Shown: piece by piece, positions 37,191-50,894 of the stretch | How positions within the stretch are numbered: the stretch's first letter is position 1 | Layout of the letters: every line of letters starts with the position of its first letter | Assembly (NCBI RefSeq): GCF_020745735.1 | Contig: NC_083407.1 | Coordinates: 34,711,857-34,775,856, forward strand | Direction of reading: 5' to 3' | DNA length: 64,000 nucleotides | Origin: Hemiscyllium ocellatum | Lineage: Eukaryota | The notes under the pieces: model-generated | Seen by the model: only the letters and a program-made list of their open reading frames with translations | Database searches by the model: none | Told to the model about the DNA's origin: nothing | Program-made: the position numbers and the translations under genes

Positions 37191-37578
37191 TATTTTTTTT
37201 ATCAATGTCTTTTAGTTTTTTGTCCATTAGACAGTAGCAAAAACTAGATGTCCAGAATTGCAATGCCTGAGACCATCGCCATTATGTTAAAAGGAAGCTA
37301 ATTAATCTTTTCTGATCCAACAATGCTAAGCATATTTTTTCTAATCTATGTCATGCGCCAACTTGGTGCATATTATCACCTTTGAACTGCAGAGAGATAA
37401 TAACTCTTTGATAAAAGCATCACCGAAGCTAATTTGTGCACAGGAGCTGTACCCCTCATTTTAAAATGGTTCAAGATGTGATCATAGGATGAGATGTATG
37501 ACAGACTCATCCTACCCTGTCAACCTAATGCCATTTTACCTCTCAAATGTTGTCATCATTTTCAATTTTAATTTCCAG

Positions 37579-37759
37579 GTGTGGATAATGTTGAAGGCAT
37601 CGCTGTGGACTGGATTGGGAATAACTTGTATTGGACAGATGATAGTTATAAGAAGTCTATAAGCGTAGCAAGACTGGAGAAGGCTTCTCAGACCAGGAAG
37701 ACTTTGGTAGAAGGTGAGATGTCACATCCAAGAGCCATCGTTCTGGATCCTATGCATGG
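37579..37759 (+). CDS. LRP1B: LRP1B internal coding exon (181 nt, phase 1 to phase 2)
   Basis: Polypyrimidine tract plus ttccAG ending 37578, donor GTGAGT at 37760. G|GT joins the previous exon in frame: [61 protein letters not shown] (YWTD repeat). Confidence 0.94.
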
Positions 37760-38828
37760 GTGAGTGCTGTTTTTAATCAGCTTCAGGAGACTTCATCTGA
37801 TGTTAGAATTAGTAAGCCTTGTGCAGGACTCACACATTATTTCTATAGATAAAAAGAAATATTATGATCCCATGGGAGTATGGGGTGCATTAATACAGGT
37901 TGTATATTGTTATTGCTTAATAAAAGGATTTTTTTTAGCATCAGAGACCTCTAGTAACTTCACAGTAAATTTGCAAATGAGCAATTAAAATTTTTAAAGT
38001 CTAATGTAGCATTACCCATAAAATCTTTTGTTTCCTTAAACAGTTCTTTTTATGGGCACAAAATATAATGGAATGGAGGTTTTGAAAAGCAGTTCCAGAT
38101 TAGCTGCATGAGTAGAAGCAGAAATTACACACTGGAGGTAGTGGGATGTCAGCTGAACTGACTTATTACCTTAGAAATTGGATCACCCATGAAGCGAGGC
38201 CCAATTTGGGTGCAGTGCACGTTCCAGGTGAAAGAAAAAGACAAATTGTTTAGCCTGCCTCAATTTTTTTTAATAAAAAAGAATTGGCGGAAACCTACAG
38301 AGAACAATCACAGTGGCAGAGGAAGGATGTGTGTGGTAATGTTGGTAGTGCAATTCCTGCAAGATTGGCCAGCTGAAATTATAGTCAAGGATCTAAAATA
38401 TGTCTGGAAGGAGGGTGTAGACTATCACGAGGGGGCATGCTGCAGCTGGAATTATCCAAGGTTTTAGTGTTGAGCCGGAGGGAACTGTTCATATTATTGT
38501 AAGTATTTTTATAAAATATCTTTGCAGTTCTGGTGGTAGACTCTTTCAGGGTTACAGGTTAGACTGTGTGTGGACCTGGTAATCTCAGGTTACCTACGTT
38601 GAGCATACCTGAGTCTCTGATTTGATTCTCAGACTAATATTAAGCCCCTTATGAGCACATTCGAAGGGCCTAATAGCTGACTTTAGGCAGCTTCAGCCAC
38701 AATTTTTATGCTGCTTTCCGACATTTTCAAATAATAGTTGAATGTCCAATTTCCCAACTCTTCCCCTGAATGTGCTTACTCATGGTTAGATGAGCTGTAT
38801 GCTTGAATTGGTGCCACAGAAATTTATT

Positions 38829-38918
38829 GTTCTGATGAAGGGTCACTTGACCTGAAATGTTAATTCTGATACTTCTCCGCAGATGCCAGACCTGTTGAGG
38901 TTTTTCCAGCAATTTCGG
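38829..38918 (+). mobile_element. Old PLE terminal relic with a recognisable hammerhead
   Basis: GTT-CTGATGA-AG-GGTC-actt-GACC-T-GAAA-TGTT-AAT, then cagatgccagacctgttgaggtttttccagcaattt. Confidence 0.65.
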
Positions 38919-39439
38919 ATTTTTGTCTGCACAGAAATTTATATTTGACTTTTGTTCAAAGCGATATTTATTCAATAGAGTAGGGTAGACAACATTGAAC
39001 TTAATACTTCAAACAAAAAGAAAATATTGATAATTTTATTTCTGAAGTAAGTTGTTATAATGCTTTTTTCTAAAAGCATTTGGAGGCACTTGCTTCTATT
39101 TAATGCAAGTGACTAAGCTTTGTGATGATTTTCAATATGAGTGCTCAACTATAATTTGATCTCATTTGATAATTATGTGTGTTGCCACAAACCTTTAATG
39201 TGGATATTACATGCCCCTGCCAGGTGTGTTTCCAACAGGTGGGAATGTAAAATAGATTACCTAGCTCCCACTTCCCCAACAACTCTCTTGTTATTAAATA
39301 GGATGGACAGTGCTGATATTGGTAGCCAGCCCACCATATGTATATAAATAAGTAAGGGTCAATTGAGCTTGTTAAAAATTCTATTAACGCTGATATTTCC
39401 CTGCCCATGCCATTATACTGTTGGCATTGGCAAGTTTTG

Positions 39440-39790
39440 GTGGTCATGGGGTGTGGACATGGTAAATAGACAAGGTTTTTTCACCAGGGTGGGGAGGCAA
39501 AACCTAGAAGGCATAGACATAAGGTGAAAGACGGAAGATTCAAAAGGGACTGGAGGGCAACTTTTTCATGCAGAGGGTGGTGCGTGTATGGAATGAGCTG
39601 CCAGAGTTAGTCGTGGAGGCTGGTACAATTTAAAAAGTATCTGGATGGGTTTATGAAAAGGAAGGGATTATAGGAATATGAGCCAATTGCTACCAAATGG
39701 GACTGGATTTATCTCGAATATCTGGTCGGCATGGACGAGTTGGACCAAAAGGTCTCTTTCTGTGCTTTGCATCTACATTACTCTATATTT
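39440..39790 (+). mobile_element. CR1 3' fragment
   Basis: gagggcaactttttcatgcagagggtggtgcgtgtatggaatgagctgccagag...tctggtcggcatggacgagttggacc. Confidence 0.85.
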
Positions 39791-42700
39791 TACTATATTT
39801 ATTAAAATTAACTGTTTTCCTGAACGGTACTATTTCCAAATGATTTTCTTCAAAAAAGCAGTGAGCACTATCATATAAAGTGGCTGTTTTAGGGTTTTAA
39901 TTGTGGCTAAATATTTTATGTTTTCAAAGTTACTTGGTCACAACTATTTGTCTTGATGCTACTGGAAGTATCAGTAAAGGTGATTTTATTGAATCTCAGT
40001 GACAAATAAAGTACTTGTCGCAGGCATGTAATTTTGCAGCTCTTCCTGTGCTGTCAGTAAAATATTGGACTTGGCAGGTTGCCTGAAAAGGTCGGAATTC
40101 TTGAAAATCATCACCCAAATTTTCTTTGTATGAAGTGCAAATGCTACGACAGGCATAAATCTAGCCTCAGGGAAAGTTTATCACTGTTTTTGTCTGTTTA
40201 TTTCCATGCCAAGAAATAAATACCGATCTGCAATATGTCAGGATTGTTTTTTTTTTCTTTTTTGCCTGAAAGGTGGGGAAAGAATAAATCTGGAACATCA
40301 AAACAAAACCAATTGTCTCATGAGTGAAGTGGAAAGCCCAGTGTCATATATTAATTGAATGGCACCCATGACTTTGTCCCTAACTCTTTGAATAATGGAT
40401 TCCATATTAAAATTTCATTTTCTCCACAATTCTCTGATGTGACCTGAACTCTGCAGAGCAACACTGTTTTGTTTTGATTGCAGCCTTGGGATATTATCAA
40501 AGTCTTGCAGACTTACTCTGAGACTGACCGAAATCTCAGTTGCTATGTTGGTTGCAGGCTTTCTTTCATAAATATTGATACCATAAACAAAATCACCCAG
40601 GGCAGAATTTTCCTGTTTTCAGTCAAAATGTTCTCTTGAGTGAGATTCATGATGCAAGGTCTGACATGGCTCAAGCCACTTTTCCAATGCAATCATCCAG
40701 TCTTCGTCTCATTGATTATGCTGCTGGGCTTTTAGGTGCCTTTCCAATTGTGGATGTTTGACGAAGGGTCACTGGACTTGAAATGTTGACTGGACTGCTT
40801 TCTTTCGACAGATGCCGAGTTTCTCCTGCCCTTTTCTTATTGTTCATATCCTTTCCTGTTTACAAATGTTCCTGATTGTATGGGAGATATTTGAATGTCC
40901 ACGGGTGTGGTCTTGGATCTTTGGAAATGTGGCAACATCCCCAAAACCTCTGACTCTTTCGATCTAAATGGTGTTCTCCTTACTAAATAGGATAAACTCA
41001 TGGATCATCTGTGAATATCTTGATACAGTGCTGCATTGTTGGATACAATATCTCATGCAAGCCTTAAGTTGATGACTGGAAGAACATTATGATGAAAAAA
41101 ATTCAGCATCCATTGACATAACTTGATGCCACACCCTAGCTAGCATGTCACAAATTGATATGAAGGTGTCTCTGGAAAAACAGAGTCTCCTCAGACACTG
41201 CTGACATGATTATGCACGTAGCCCTTGGTAAATACACTATGTTTGAAGGGAAGTGCATTCTCCTAGTTTTGAATGGCATCTGTTTTTTTTTGCCAGTCTC
41301 CCCTTTGCAGGCCCTAGCTCAGCAGCTGGTTGAACAAGTTCTGTACCGCGAGCAAAAATTTTCCCTCACCAGTTACACTCCTCTTTCTCTTTCTCTCTTT
41401 CTCACTGGGGGAGCAGTCCCTAATGTAATGGATAGGACAGTGATTTCTACCACAAGTTCTGTAGTGCCTAATTTTATTTGCAGCATTTCGCTTACCTACC
41501 AAAGGAAATGCCTAATGCAGCTTGAAAAGCAAAGAAAAGATAAATTAGCAATGTGAAAAAAATCTTCAAACACTGTTCTGCTAAATTCAGCCAATGTGCC
41601 ACTTGCAGCCTTTATATCCTTTGCAACACTGATAAAAAAGTAACTCACAACAACCACGTTGACTGTTCAGCTACCATACTCTGGCATGGGAGACTTATTA
41701 TTGTTGATTTGTTCCAACTGACCTTTAATTAGATTTTTAAACTTAGTGGCCAGGCTGCTAATTTTAATAACTGTCAAATGAGAGGTTTGCATTTTAATGT
41801 TGTATAACCTATGGTCATGACATCTGACTTCACATATTCCCAGTTGTCTTGATTTCAAGAGATAAAATTAAACCCATTGTTTGATGGGTCAAAAACACAG
41901 GAAATGAATTTGAATCCATTCTTTAGAAAATTAGTTTCTAAATTATGGAATATCAAAGGCCATTAACAATACTGAGGAAAACTAGTTGTGAAATGATGAT
42001 GCTAATGTTACTGATGCTACAGATAACAGTGATGAAGGCAAATAAGATTTGCATGATAATGTTACTTAACCAGACTGTAGGACGCATAGGTTAAGTGATT
42101 CAAATTATGATCAGAGTGATATTGAAGGGTTTCAATGTATTGGTTTGATATGCGCTCGATTGAGTGTTGACTTGAGTTATATATCTAGACCATATGAAGA
42201 TCCTGACACACTTAAATTTGATGGAATTATGTGGGAAATTGGAAATTCAGATAGGCAATTCCCCTGCATCTGATATTCTTTAAGAAAGCTTCTTAATGTG
42301 GGAGAATTTTAAAGGGCTATGGCTTACCTAAGCTTTATAGTTACACAGGAAAGTTTAGAGGCTCAAAATCTCACTCTAACTCCTGAGTAACTATTAAACT
42401 TCATCCATGACTCAGCACTGAGACCTGCCCATCAACCCCCCAATGAAACCAAGCACTACCTGTCCTGACACAAACCCCACCCCACTGGATCCCCCTCTCC
42501 TTTTACCATCAGATCTACACATCTCTAAACCCCAATTCATCACCTTCCCTTCCCCTGACCACTCCTAAAGTACCAAAAACGAAACAACTGTCTCTTCCTC
42601 CGTTCCCCCATCCTCTCTTTCCATCCCAGGCCACCAAACCAACCTCACTTGATCACCCATTCAGCCTGACATACAGCCCATTCTGGCATATACACGTGTA

Positions 42701-42883
42701 GGCTGGAAAAATGCAATTGGCAATAATAGCCTGGACGAGATGTTCATTGATTGCTGTCCACATAGTTTCTTAGAGCAGCCCGTTCTAGAATCTGTCACAA
42801 AGTATATGTGCTAAACTCGGTCTTGTGTCATGATCCAAGTTCATTTAAAGAGCACAAGTGAAGCACGCCTAGTCAATGACAAC

Positions 42884-42979
42884 TAGGCTGAAGAAGGGCT
42901 CATGCCCGAAACATCGATTCTCCTGCTCCTTGGATGCTGCCTGACCTGCTGCACCTTTCCAGCAACACATTTTCAGCAG
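42884..42979 (+). mobile_element. 96-bp mini-PLE consisting of little more than the hammerhead core and downstream terminal repeat
   Basis: Exact 14-bp TSD TAGTCAATGACAAC (42870-42883 / 42980-42993); CTGAAGA-A-GGGC-tcat-GCCC-GAAA-CATC-GATT ... acacattttcagc. Confidence 0.88.
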
Positions 42980-43199
42980 TAGTCAATGACAACCACAATA
43001 TGATTGAATTTTACATACATTTTGAAAGAGAGAAGATCTAGTCGAGGCCAAGTACTTTAAACTTATTTAAGAGGAAATAAGTGCGCATGAAAGCTGAGAT
43101 AACTGAAGTGAACTGGGTACTGAACTGGGGGGTAGAACAATAGAGGAGCAATGGCAGACATTTAAGGGAGATATTTCAGAATACTCAGAGTATTAGGTA

Positions 43200-43920
43200 A
43201 TTTGTGGACTTTTGATCATTTGGCAAAATTGTTTTCACATTTGTGATAGCTCTGAGAATATTAGAGTTTTGTTTTCTGAAAGTAGCCCAGTGATTTGTGA
43301 CAAAGTTTGGGGGCTTGTCCAGATTAGATGTATATATTATATCAGGCCTGGAGTTTAGTAGGTAAGAAAGGAAAAGAAGGAAACTCCAGGTTTGGTACAG
43401 TCAAAAATAAGGTGACATTGAAGATTGCTGAAGCATTGCTGCAAGTGAATCAGATGACCCTGATGAACTGACAAAGGTCACAAAAGTCAGTTGATTGAAT
43501 TGGCAAGTAAATTAGAAGTGGAATTGCCAAACAGGCAGGGCTAAGGGAGCACAAATGTACAACAATGACGAACTATCAAAAATAGTAAGAAATAGGAGTC
43601 AGTTCATATTGAACTATTGTTGTAGTAATTTGAGCATGAGGAGAAAAGGAGGAGGATGGAAATGGAAAACAAATCAAGAAATCTAGATTTTTAGTTCAAA
43701 AAGAAGGAGATAGAGCATGATCAAACTTAGAATGTAGCAATTTTAAAATAAGATGGGGACATGAAATGATAATGCATACCATGACAGAAAATATATTAAT
43801 TATAATCTAGAGTCAGATGAGGTAATGTTTAAGTCTGTACAGGCCAGGGATGCATTCTTTGTATCATTTGAGAAACTGGTGTGAAAATTGTATTTGCCAA
43901 AGGAAAACTGAACGATGCCT
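43200..43920 (+). mobile_element. Possible decayed Gypsy-type gag remnant
   Basis: About 43850-43910 reads DAFFVSFEKLV*KLYLPKEN, resembling the 'D.YF..FE..A....WP.E.W' gag motif; heavily mutated. Confidence 0.35.
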
Positions 43921-44002
43921 TTTTATCCATATCACATTTTACTGCTTCAGAAACATGGTTTCCCATGTGAGTCAGGCTGAGTCTTTCTAATTACCTTAAG
44001 TT

Positions 44003-44635
44003 TGTTATGGACCAGGCCAGACGCCCTCAAAACATTTCATGAAGGTAGGCCAGACTATAACTTTCTTAGTTGTTTTAGGCAGATATAAGTTGGATTTCTA
44101 GGAGTGATGCAGCTACTTGGTTTCAAGTAAAATAAAATTTCCACACCACTGAATGAAACACAAGCAAAAGAAAACAGAATTTAGAATAACACTTATTTGA
44201 AAACCCGACTGACACGATAGTCCCACAAATTAACAAAGGAGCTGTTCCAATTTCCTGCAACACCCCTTGACAAACCTGGTAAATTCAAACACAGGTTCTG
44301 ACAGGAGAGATGTTAGACAGCGAGACAGTCAGACAGAAACATGCATTGAAGCAGGGAAGCTTTTCTTTCCCAGCAGCTTTCTTTGACTAGACTGCTTGCT
44401 GAAACCAGGAAAACCAAAACCTTGAACTGGGAGAACTGGCCACTCTTCCTTCATTGTACAAGTGTTTAATTTTTTTAAAATGAAAAGCCTTTTCCCTGAT
44501 GGTTGCCTCAAGCAGCATCTGTTAGCCATTAGTAAAGTCCCTTATTCCAGACAAATCAGAACCTCTTCCTTTTACAACCCCTCTTGGGAAACAAAAAGGA
44601 CAATATAACTTTGGTAAAGGAGCAGCATGGTCACA
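44003..44635. mobile_element. Possible solo LTR
   Basis: Compositionally distinct ~630-bp block bounded by TGTTA...TCACA; no convincing TSD. Confidence 0.35.
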
Positions 44636-44954
44636 CATTTTCACCAACTATAACAGCCTCGGTGATTGATTCCAGCATCTTCCCCACAATAGAGTTATTG
44701 GCCTATAGGTTTCTGCCCTCTACATTCCCTCCCCTTTTGAAAGGAGGAATTACATTTGTCACTAGCTATTAGAAATTTTCCAGAATCCAAACATATTTCA
44801 AAATTCACAACAACACATTCACTGCCTGATTACTAACATTTATTTAAGATGCTAGGATGAAGTCCATCAGGACCAGGAGACTTGGTGGTGATAAGTTCTT
44901 TATTTTAGTTTCCTTCAATTCCTTTAGACGTGTATTGTTGAGCTTGCCAGCACA

Positions 44955-45282
44955 GTGATGGGCATTTCTGGCTAAGCCAGCACTTATTGCGCTTCCCAGT
45001 TGCCTAGAGGGCAGTTATATGTAAACTGCCGCGGGCCTGGAGTCACTCATAGATTATACCAGTTAAGGATGGCAGATCTCCTTCCCTAAAGGAGACTAGG
45101 GAACCAGGTGGGCTTTTATGACAATTGACAATGATTTCATGGTCATCATTAGACCCTTCATTCCAGATTTTCATTTAATTCAAAATCCACCATCTGCCAA
45201 AGAGGGATTTGAATCCAGGTTCCTGGAGTATTAGCTGAGTTTCTGGGTTAATAGTCTGACAATAATACCACTTTGACCATTG
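44955..45282 (-). mobile_element. tRNA-headed SINE with an L2-like 3' tail
   Basis: Reverse B box gggatttgaatcc; homologous to 50083-50470(+) and 60265-60479(-). Confidence 0.65.
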
Positions 45283-45554
45283 TGTCCCCATATCATTGAT
45301 ACTTTAAATGCTACCCATTTATTCCTGGGTCTCCATCTATTTTATTCCATCTTCAACAGGGACATTTTCAGTGGAAGGTGAGTATAAGATAGTTACTCTT
45401 ACTGGAGACTTTCTGGTACCTCCACACTGTACAGAGAAATGCAGAGAGATTTTTAGAATTTGCTCTTTCCAAGCTGGGAGGTTTGCAGCTACATTAATCC
45501 CAAACAAGGTATGGTTGCCTGGTTAGGAGGCAATAAAAATATTCACAGCATCTC

Positions 45555-45842
45555 TACAGAATGAAAGCAAGCCATTCGGACCATCAAGTCCACACTGACC
45601 ATCTCACCCAGACGCACCCTTTCCTCTCCCACACTCTCCCCCACCCCTGGAACTCTGCAATTCCCGTAGCTAACTCACCGAATCTGCACATCTTTGCACT
45701 GCAGGAGGTAACTGGACCACCTGAAGGAAACCCATGCAGACACAGGGAAAATATGCAAACTCCATACCAACAGGTTGCTTGAAGGTGGAATCGACCCTGG
45801 GTTCCTGGCACTGTGAGCCTGCCCTCAACCATCGCACCACTC
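45555..45842 (-). mobile_element. HE1/V-SINE-type SINE
   Basis: ctgcacatcttt...gaaacccatgcagacacaggga...tgcaaactcca...ggaatcgaccctggg. Confidence 0.8.
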
Positions 45843-47739
45843 TGCATTGTTGAGCAATTTTCATTTAGTTCAGAATCTATGGACTCCATGGTGTCTGCCT
45901 TTGTTTTCACTGTTCCAGGAAGACTGCAACATGTATACAATTTACAATATGATCTAGTTAACATGATCTTTTAAAACTGCAACCATCTATTTGCACAGTC
46001 ATCTTGGTTTAAAGCAGAATCTCCCATTTTAACAAAAACAAAAGGAAATAACATTTTATTTCCTTTGTTTTTGGACTTGTTTTGTGATCTTTACTGCACC
46101 TGTAAGTCTAAAATATATCCCTAGTCCATGTTACTACCAATAAAAGTTTACTCATGCATCTCTGCATCTGTCATTCCATTTGATAGCACTTTGATGTGGC
46201 ATTTGATGTGGTTTAAAGCTCTTAGTAATGAAATAGAAAGTTGATAAATCATAGCTTTTTTAATGGAAGTTGTTTCTTTTAACACCTACATTCAGTTTTC
46301 TTTTTTATTGATAAAAAATCAGCTGATGTAATGTTTCTGCAATCTCATTTGTTCGACTTGCATTTCTCGGTTTATTTTTGTCGCATCTTCTTCACTTTAT
46401 TTATCACTTAGCAGTAGCATCTCCAAGGAAATGCAGAGTCTGAGCAGTGGTGTAGATTATCCCTCTTGATGTATCTATGCCTAAGGTTTGGGTATTTTAA
46501 CCTGATTGCATGTTTTTATTTTGCATCCTTTCCTGTCATTGTTTTTAGAATTAAACTTTTAGGTACGCATACTTTTACATCAAATGAACCATCAAGTTGT
46601 ACCAAGTGGCAGAGCAAAGGAGGTTTATACCTTGAGTTTGAATAGAGTGACTGAGAATACGGAAAAGGAGTTATGTTGCAGTGATATCTAAGCACATGGA
46701 ACTGGAGCCTGGGAAGATGTCCTCTCTTACTATCTTCTGTGTCGAATAAAATCTGTTGGTATTCATTTCAAGAATATTACTGCACAAGCTACATAATTAA
46801 TAAGCATGAATAGAATAATCAAATTTGACTTTTTTTAAAAATCTGTAAATATTTTAAAGCTTTTTAGTCACCTACTTACAAAAACAGCAACATTGAATTG
46901 AACAGTTGTTTTAAAATCAACAAAATCCCAAGAACTTTGAGTCCCTTTTGCAAGCGAGAAAGCTGCATTATTGGCCCACAGGGGCACTAATAATGATGTA
47001 CACTTTGTACGAGTGATTCATGTTTCATTTGGCTGATATATGGACTGTAGAATTAGATTCCAGTCAAACGATCCATTGTAAATTGACTTTGCATACCAAC
47101 AAATAGATATGCATTGTTTACTTTTCCAAGAAAAATGTAGGTGGCAGGACAGAAAACAAAGTTGTTCTAGGAACTAATGAAAAAGTGATCTGAAGGTAAA
47201 GTTTGTGTCCTCATTAATTTTAATCAGATGCCATAATTCTTTTTGGCATTGCTATTTTGGGGAACCATTCAGCAATAAGTTTTCTCTCAGCATTTCATCA
47301 GAACAGAAAAATTGAAGATGGATAAGTGATTAAATAAAATCAGTTTCTCCAGTTGTCCCATGGGTATGTCAGCTAAGTAATCAAATTCCACTTGTCAGTA
47401 TATATTAGATAGAGCAATACCTGCTTTTCATTGATTTTTACCAAAACAACATTACAGTGAAGAAAGATTTCCAATCATAGTCTTTACAGTCACTCATTCC
47501 ATTAAAATAAAACAAACAAACTCAAGTTTCTGAGGATCTAGTATAAAGAAATAAAATAAATTTTGACAATGTCAGAAATAGGTATTGTAAATCATAAAAT
47601 GAACATTTTCATCCACTAATGGTACTTCCATAGAATATTTTTAAGCATCAATTCATAATGTCTTCCTACCTTGATATTTAACACACTAATGTAAATGTGA
47701 CAGGTTGCATACTGGTTTCTGAATACAAAAAGGGTGGCA

Positions 47740-49265
47740 CCTTTCCAGCAGGTCTTCCCTTGCTTCCCTTAGTAACCTAGGGTAAATCCCGTCTGGCCCA
47801 GGGGATTTACCTATCCTTACGTTTCTCAAAGTTTTCAGCACATCCTCTTTCCTGACATTAATATTCTAGCATATTAATCTGTTCCAAACTGTCCTTACAA
47901 ATGGCAAGGTCCCTTTCAGTAGTAAGTACTGAAGCAAAGTATTCATTAAGGGTCTCCCCTACTACCTCCAACTTCAGGCACAAGTTCCATCATTATCCTT
48001 GATCAGCCCGACTCTCACTCTGGCCATCCTCTTGTTCCTTAGTGTAAAACACCTTAGGGTTTTCCCTCATCCTACTTGCTAAAGTGTTCTCATACCTCCT
48101 CCTAGCTCTCCTAAGTCCAATCTTCAATTTCTTCCTGGCTACTTTGTAACTCTCTAACGCCATCTCTGATCCTTGCCTCCTCAACCTTAAGTAAGCTTCA
48201 TTCTTCCTCTTAACTTGATGTTCTACATCTCTTGTCACCCAGGTTCTTTCATCCTACCATCTCTTCCTTGCCTCAGTGGGACAAACTTGTCCAGTATTAT
48301 CAGCAGGTGCTTCCTAAACAACCTCCACATTTCTGTCATGCATTTCCCTGAGAACATCTGTTCCCAGTCGAGGCACCCCAGTTCCTGCTTAATAGCATTG
48401 TAATTTCTACTGCCCCAATTAGATACTTTCCCATACCATCTGCTCCTATCTGCCTCCATGAGTATAGTAAAGGTCATGGAGTTGTGGTGACTATCACCAA
48501 AATGCTGCCCCACTGAGAGATTTGACACCTGGCAAGGTTCTTTGCCAAGCACCAAATCCAATATGGCCTCCCCTCTAGTCAGCCTATCTACATATTGCAT
48601 CAGAAATCCTTCCTGGACTCACATAACAAAAACTGCTCCATCCAAGCTATTTGAACTAAGTAGATTCCAATCAATATTGGAGAATTACAGTCACCCATGA
48701 CAACAACCTTTTTACTTCTACACATTTCCAATAACTTCCTTCAACTCTGCTTCTCTGTGCCTCTGTTGCTATTGGAGGGCCTGTAGGAAACTCCTAATAA
48801 AGTGACTGCTCCTTTCTGACTTCCACCCATACTGACTCTGTAGACAAACCCTCCTTGTTGATTTTCCTTTCTGCCCCTGTGATACTATCACTGATTATCA
48901 ATGCCACCACAACCCCAAACCCTCACCTCCAGTCCCCCCCATCCCCCCGCCAATCTTGTTTCAACTAACAAACTTTCAACTAGAGATCGAGCAAACCTCC
49001 CACCCAGGATATTAATGCCCCTCCAGTTCAGATATAGCGCATCCTCCTTGTCCAGGTCCTAACTTCCCCAGAATATATTCCAATGATCCATATATCCACA
49101 TAACTGAAGCCCTCCTTCCTACACCAGCCCTGCAGCCATGTGTTCTTCTGCACTTGCTCTCTTTTCCTTGCCTCACTACCTGGCGTATCGGTAGCAACCC
49201 TTAAGATTACTACTCTGCCTTCTAGCATCTAATCTAACTCCCTATATTCTTTTTTCAGGTCCTGC
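47740..49265 (-). mobile_element. CR1 5' portion: ORF1 (esterase-like) remnant plus ORF2 endonuclease region
   Basis: RVVIL....GSEARKREQVQKNTWLQGWCRKEGFSYVD (ORF1-like); QYVDRLTRGEAILDLVL...HFGDSHHN (AP endonuclease C-terminal motif). Confidence 0.8.
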
Positions 49266-49559
49266 TCCCTTTCCAACTATGGTTTTCCAAGTAATCATAA
49301 ATCTTGTCTCTCAGAATCCTCTCCAATACTTTGCACAACACTGACTTAAGACTGACTGGTCTATAATTCCCAGGATTGTCTCTATTCCCTTTCTTGAACA
49401 AAGGTATAACATTTTCCACCCTCCAATCATCTGGCACTACTTCTGGCTGCTCTCCCTCTCCCGTAAGAAGGCGGGGCAGATAGATATACCCTAGGTTACC
49501 TTAGGGAAGAGATTGCTGCTGCGATGATCTTTGCGTCCTCACTGTCCACTGGAGTAGTG
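49266..49559 (-). mobile_element. CR1 ORF2 fragment with an inverted upstream segment
   Basis: Minus strand 49270-49440 VPDDWRVENVIPLFKKG..NYRPVSL. The + strand 49474-49559 carries the immediately upstream sequence ending ...SSLSTGVV. Confidence 0.7.
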
Positions 49560-50082
49560 ACAGGAAAATTGAACAGAACTCAATGATGCCTTGTTTCTGT
49601 TCTTTTCTTTTAAGTCACAGCGATTTTATAACAAGTGAACAGATTTCCAACCACATAGTGTTCTGAAGAATTTCATACACGACCCTGGAGATTCTATCCA
49701 ATACACTTGAGCAGGGTCTCAGTAAAAGTCTCACTGTATGGATAAAAACTGGTGCTGTCAATACCACAAGGCCATCAACAAAATCTTGAACAATAAGGTC
49801 AACCAGATACATAGAGCACTAGCTGAAAGCACATCTCCAAGCAATATTTCATCCTGATTTTGTGTATATTGCTTTTCCTTCATTGATATTGTATCAAAAT
49901 TCTGTAATTCTCTTCCTATCTAATGTGCTTTGTTGTTTTCTATATGCTGCCCTATATGACATGTAATACAGGGAGTTGTTTTTACTGAGTCAGATATATG
50001 GAAATTTATTAACAACTAACTATGCACACTATATTTTCTCACACTTACAAATACAATCTGTTATACGTTCAAGACGGAAGGT

Positions 50083-50470
50083 GATGGCTGAGTGGTATGA
50101 TCACTGGACTGTTAATCCAAAGAGTCAAGATTAGAGTGGTACTAGAAAAGCACAGCAAGTCAGGCAGCATCCGAGGAGTAGAAAAATCGATGTTTCAACC
50201 AAAAGCCCTTCATCGATACATTGATTTTCCTGCTCCTCAGATGCTGCCTGACCTGCTGTGCATTTCCAGCACCACTCCAATCTTGACTCTAATCTCCAGC
50301 ATCTGCAGTAACCACTTCTGCCTTGTTTATCCAAAGACCCAAGTAATGTTATGGTGACATGGGTTCAAATCCCACATGTGACTCCAGATCCACAGCAATG
50401 CAGTTGGCTCTTAAGTTCCCTCTGGGATGGACAATAAATGCCAGCAATGCCCTCATCCCACAATGAATTT
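50083..50470 (+). mobile_element. tRNA-headed SINE with an L2-like tail, interrupted by a PLE hairpin
   Basis: tggctgagtggta A box, gggttcaaatccc B box, caataaatgc..cagcaatgccctcatcccacaatgaat tail. Confidence 0.65.
50124..50323 (+). mobile_element. 200-bp fold-back PLE relic with a ~36-nt tail
   Basis: 14-bp TSD TGTTAATCCAAAGA / TGTTTATCCAAAGA (50110-50123 / 50324-50337); arms at about 50124-50193 and 50218-50287. Confidence 0.85.
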
Positions 50471-50894
50471 TAAGTAGTTATATTACTATTAAATTACATA
50501 AATAATTGATTGCCTGAACTGGCTGGCAGGTTGAATACCAAGTGAAGGCACAGACAGTCAGATGGAGAATATTTACATGAGACCATGGTCATGGTATCAT
50601 CAAATTGTCTTGAAGTTATCTTATTTTTCTGGGAATTACTATACTTTAAGGGATGGCAGCTTGTAAGTGACTTCTTTAAAGCTATTAGGAATGGGGAAAA
50701 AATGCAAAAAAAAAATGAATACATAAAACTAAACTCAAATTCTGCCAGTCAGAATATGTAAACAGTAGCATCATGACCCATTATTACTGAGCAACAACCT
50801 GAAGCAGATCAAATTTTGTGGACTTGTATCAGCTTATTGTGAGTTTGGAAGTAATTCCAATGTACTTGTTAGGGTCGCTGTTAGGATCACCACA

